Source: Planctomycetota bacterium (GTDB lineage Bacteria > Planctomycetota > SZUA-567 > H5-PLA8). From it: 17,178 nt of DNA. The notes beneath the pieces were generated by a model, which worked only from the letters and a program-made list of their open reading frames with translations, was not told the DNA's origin and made no database searches. A program made the translations under genes and the position numbers. The stretch is taken from the NCBI GenBank assembly GCA_045863855.1, contig BTVV01000131.1:1-17178 (forward strand), in the 5' to 3' direction. Positions 14,601-17,178 of the stretch are shown here, piece after piece (the first letter of the stretch is position 1; every line of letters starts with the position of its first letter).

Positions 14601-17178
14601 ACGTTCCATCCAACGCTTCCGATCCGACCGCCGCCGTCGCGCCCCTGCCGCCAGGCGGACCGCGCGAAGACATCGAGCCGCTTCATAACGTCACCCTGGA
14701 AATCAGCCCCAAGCCGTTCGTGCCCAACGACGATGCGAGTGTCGAACGGATCATGTGCGATTTGGCCCGGCAGTGGTGGCCTCTACTTCGGCATGCCCGC
14801 CGCGTCTCCGTGCTCTTCTGGCTGGGAGATGGAACGGACATCCTGGAGTACCGGGGCAGTCTGGGCGACCGAGTCGAATGGGCGAAATGGATGGGGTACG
14901 CTCACACGCCCTACAAGGTAAGCATCGAGGACGATCCCCTGCGCGAGTCCATCGTGACTAGAGGATACCTTTACCGGGAGGACGCTCCCGAGATCACGTA
15001 TGCCGACGTCAAACGCATGGTGGCGGCCATGAAGCGCGCGATCCGCACCGTCGTCGAAGTTCCCGTCGAGGTCGGCATTCCTTTCGATCCCGGAAGCGAG
15101 TTTTCGGTGGCTCCGTTCCGTTACGAGAAGCATCCCGAAATCCTGATCACTGGTGGAGGCGCGATGCGGATGATTGACTGCACCGCGCGCTTGGACCAAG
15201 ACCCTGACTCCTTCGCCGGCTTTCCCGACGGGATTCCCAACGGCTTGCCTTTCGGTACGTTCTTGGGACGCCAGACGCAATGCTACCTCTGCGACTTGGG
15301 GTTCGATTACGTTTGGTTCTCGAACTCGTTCGGATTCGGCCGAAGTCCCTATGCCTGGGGGGCGAAGGGGCAATTTTTCGACGGCGACCGATTTACGAGC
15401 TGCGGCAATCGGGAGCTGGCTGACGCGGTGGCGAGCTTTTGGAAGCTCTTTCGCCTCGAATGCCCCTCGGCCCGCGTCGAAAACCGAGGTACCGACTTCA
15501 GCGCCGGCATGAATCTGGTCAACCATGCCACCGATTACCAGGCCATTTACGCCGCAGCTGGCGACACCACGCCGCAGCCCAATACACCCTGGCCGGCTTT
15601 GACCGGGAATCATGGCATCGCGCTCGCCGGTTGGCTTAGTCAGGTGGCCGGATACGACGGCGAAAGCTTTCCGCTGCGGTTCTATTTATCGGATCCCTGG
15701 TGGTGCAATTCCCCTTGGGTGGATCGCTTCGATCGAAGCCCCCACGACATCTACCTGTCCATGGCCATGTGCCGCGTCGGAGCAGACGGACACGCGCGTC
15801 CCGTCAACGATGTGAAGATCCTGTCGGTGGATACGGCCTGGGGCGAAATTCCGGAGTCATTTCCCGTCGAGGTTTTACCTCATCTCCGGCGCGGCCTAGT
15901 CCGGCGTCCAGATCGAGCGCCGCCCCTGCTATGGGTGTACCCCTTCGAGCCCTATCATCGGTACACCTTCGAGCAAGACCGGCTCGAAGAGGTATTCTTT
16001 GGAGATCTATTCATCCAGGAGGCAGTGAATCGCGGCCTGCCCTTGGGCGGCGTGCTGAATAGCGAGGACTTCGTTCGGGGCATGTGCGGCGACAATCGCA
16101 AGTTTCTGTCTAGCGTGCTCCTATCGCCGGTGCCCGAAGCGGACAGCCTTTGGGAGCGCGCGCTGCTGGATCATATGAACGCCGGAGGCCATGTCCTGGC
16201 CTACGGCCCCTTGGTCCGGGCCTCCGAGCGATTTAAGAAGGCGGCGGGTTTGAAGATTGCGGAAGGCATCTCGGGGCAATTAGCCTTGGATGTTCAAGAC
16301 GAAGATGTCTATCTTCAGCCCGGTCGAAACCGCAGCCCCCATGTAGATCCTTCGGGGATAGACCACGCGTATAAAGCGAGCGAAGTCCAGAGAGTGGAAT
16401 CGACGTCCCACTTGGGACCGCCGCCCATCCTGATTCATGATCCGGTCTTGGCTGCCGGACCGGCATGCGAGGTGGCCGAAGACTCCTGCGAAGTGCTGGC
16501 TCGAATGCGGGACGCGGCCGGCGCGGAACGGGCGGCGGCCACGGTACGCGGGCAGTGGGGCGGCGGTCGACTAGCTTGGGTGCGCGGGTCGCCTTCCGCA
16601 TTGCCCGAAGCGCTGCAAGGCCGCAGCCTGCGCGCGAGGGATCCCAGTCTTGCCTACCCCGGAGAGCATCTGCTCCGGCTGGCGTTGGGACGTTTGGGCT
16701 GGTCCTTCCGTATTCGGCGCTTGCAAGTCGATCCTCGGGCCGCTCACGTGATCGTTTCGCGTCATCGGAACGGCTTTGTCTTCACGGGCCATTCGAACGA
16801 CTCGAACGTAGATATCGGATTGAGCGGTCCGCTCGGCATGCCCGTGACGACGGGCGGCGAGACGGAGTTGGCGAACGGCGCGGCCTGGTTCCGGTGCGAA
16901 CGCTGGTTTCACCGCGATTGCCGGGTTTTCGTCACGCAATGCGACGGGTTACTCTGGCTGAGTCCTACCAGTCCGAAACACTTCCGTTACCGCAACCGCT
17001 GGATGCTGACCGGGTTGAAGGATGCAACCGTGCGTTTCTTTCCTCTCTCCGGTCTGGAAGAGCATACAAACATACTGCTGAATCCGTGCGTCTACTACTA
17101 CACAAGAGGTGAAAGCTATGACGGATCTTGGGTGGAACATCCGCTGGGCCGATTCTGGGAAATGCGGAACGTCTCCGG
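14597..17178 (+). CDS. Large uncharacterised protein (at least 860 aa, 3' truncated by the window), possibly carbohydrate-active
   Basis: ATG 14597 overlaps the isomerase TGA (ATGA). I translated the frame by hand and found no stop to the window end: MNVPSNASDP...VTLEISPKPF...FWLGDGTDILEY...FDPGSEF...FPDGIP..LPFGTFLGRQ...GFDYVWFSNSFGFG...RFYLSDPWWCNSPWVDRFDRSPHDIY...WEMRNVS. Confidence 0.85.
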   Translation, partial: MNVPSNASDPTAAVAPLPPGGPREDIEPLHNVTLEISPKPFVPNDDASVERIMCDLARQWWPLLRHARRVSVLFWLGDGTDILEYRGSLGDRVEWAKWMGYAHTPYKVSIEDDPLRESIVTRGYLYREDAPEITYADVKRMVAAMKRAIRTVVEVPVEVGIPFDPGSEFSVAPFRYEKHPEILITGGGAMRMIDCTARLDQDPDSFAGFPDGIPNGLPFGTFLGRQTQCYLCDLGFDYVWFSNSFGFGRSPYAWGAKGQFFDGDRFTSCGNRELADAVASFWKLFRLECPSARVENRGTDFSAGMNLVNHATDYQAIYAAAGDTTPQPNTPWPALTGNHGIALAGWLSQVAGYDGESFPLRFYLSDPWWCNSPWVDRFDRSPHDIYLSMAMCRVGADGHARPVNDVKILSVDTAWGEIPESFPVEVLPHLRRGLVRRPDRAPPLLWVYPFEPYHRYTFEQDRLEEVFFGDLFIQEAVNRGLPLGGVLNSEDFVRGMCGDNRKFLSSVLLSPVPEADSLWERALLDHMNAGGHVLAYGPLVRASERFKKAAGLKIAEGISGQLALDVQDEDVYLQPGRNRSPHVDPSGIDHAYKASEVQRVESTSHLGPPPILIHDPVLAAGPACEVAEDSCEVLARMRDAAGAERAAATVRGQWGGGRLAWVRGSPSALPEALQGRSLRARDPSLAYPGEHLLRLALGRLGWSFRIRRLQVDPRAAHVIVSRHRNGFVFTGHSNDSNVDIGLSGPLGMPVTTGGETELANGAAWFRCERWFHRDCRVFVTQCDGLLWLSPTSPKHFRYRNRWMLTGLKDATVRFFPLSGLEEHTNILLNPCVYYYTRGESYDGSWVEHPLGRFWEMRNVS

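Noticed and set aside
14733..17140. Track ORFs in this interval (e.g. 14783..15613 -, 16465..17112 +)
   Set aside because: All are shadows of the single long plus-strand frame starting at 14597.
1..17178. CRISPR arrays, tRNA/rRNA, transposases, integrases or recoded (Sec/Pyl) genes
   Set aside because: I saw no repeat-spacer periodicity, RNA gene signatures or mobile-element motifs. The intact methyltransferase frames are full-length without in-frame stops.

Overview
This GC-rich bacterial window holds two divergent gene clusters separated by an intergenic region (12852-13151) with an AT-rich core. The minus-strand operon (about 12.8 kb, running off the left edge) encodes what looks like a complete cobalamin-dependent methyl-transfer system. 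In transcription order it has an ASKHA/[2Fe-2S] reductive activator of corrinoid proteins, a stand-alone corrinoid protein, a MetV(Fe-S domain)-MetF fused methylene-THF reductase, a pterin-binding (AcsE/MetH-type) methyl-THF:corrinoid methyltransferase, an amidohydrolase and a DUF1638 protein. These are followed by five diverged UroD/MtaA-superfamily paralogs plus a probable internally deleted sixth. The plus strand carries an L-fucose/L-arabinose isomerase-family gene translationally coupled to an uncharacterised protein of at least 860 aa, which the ORF track misses because it has no stop in the window. Working hypothesis (inference only): a multi-substrate B12-dependent demethylase that may act on O-methylated sugars and feeds methyl groups into the folate C1 pool. 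Non-coding oddities are a G15 tract at the corrinoid-protein RBS, a palindrome over a predicted -10 box, and hairpins abutting two RBSs. All family assignments come from motif recognition by eye, with no database searches.
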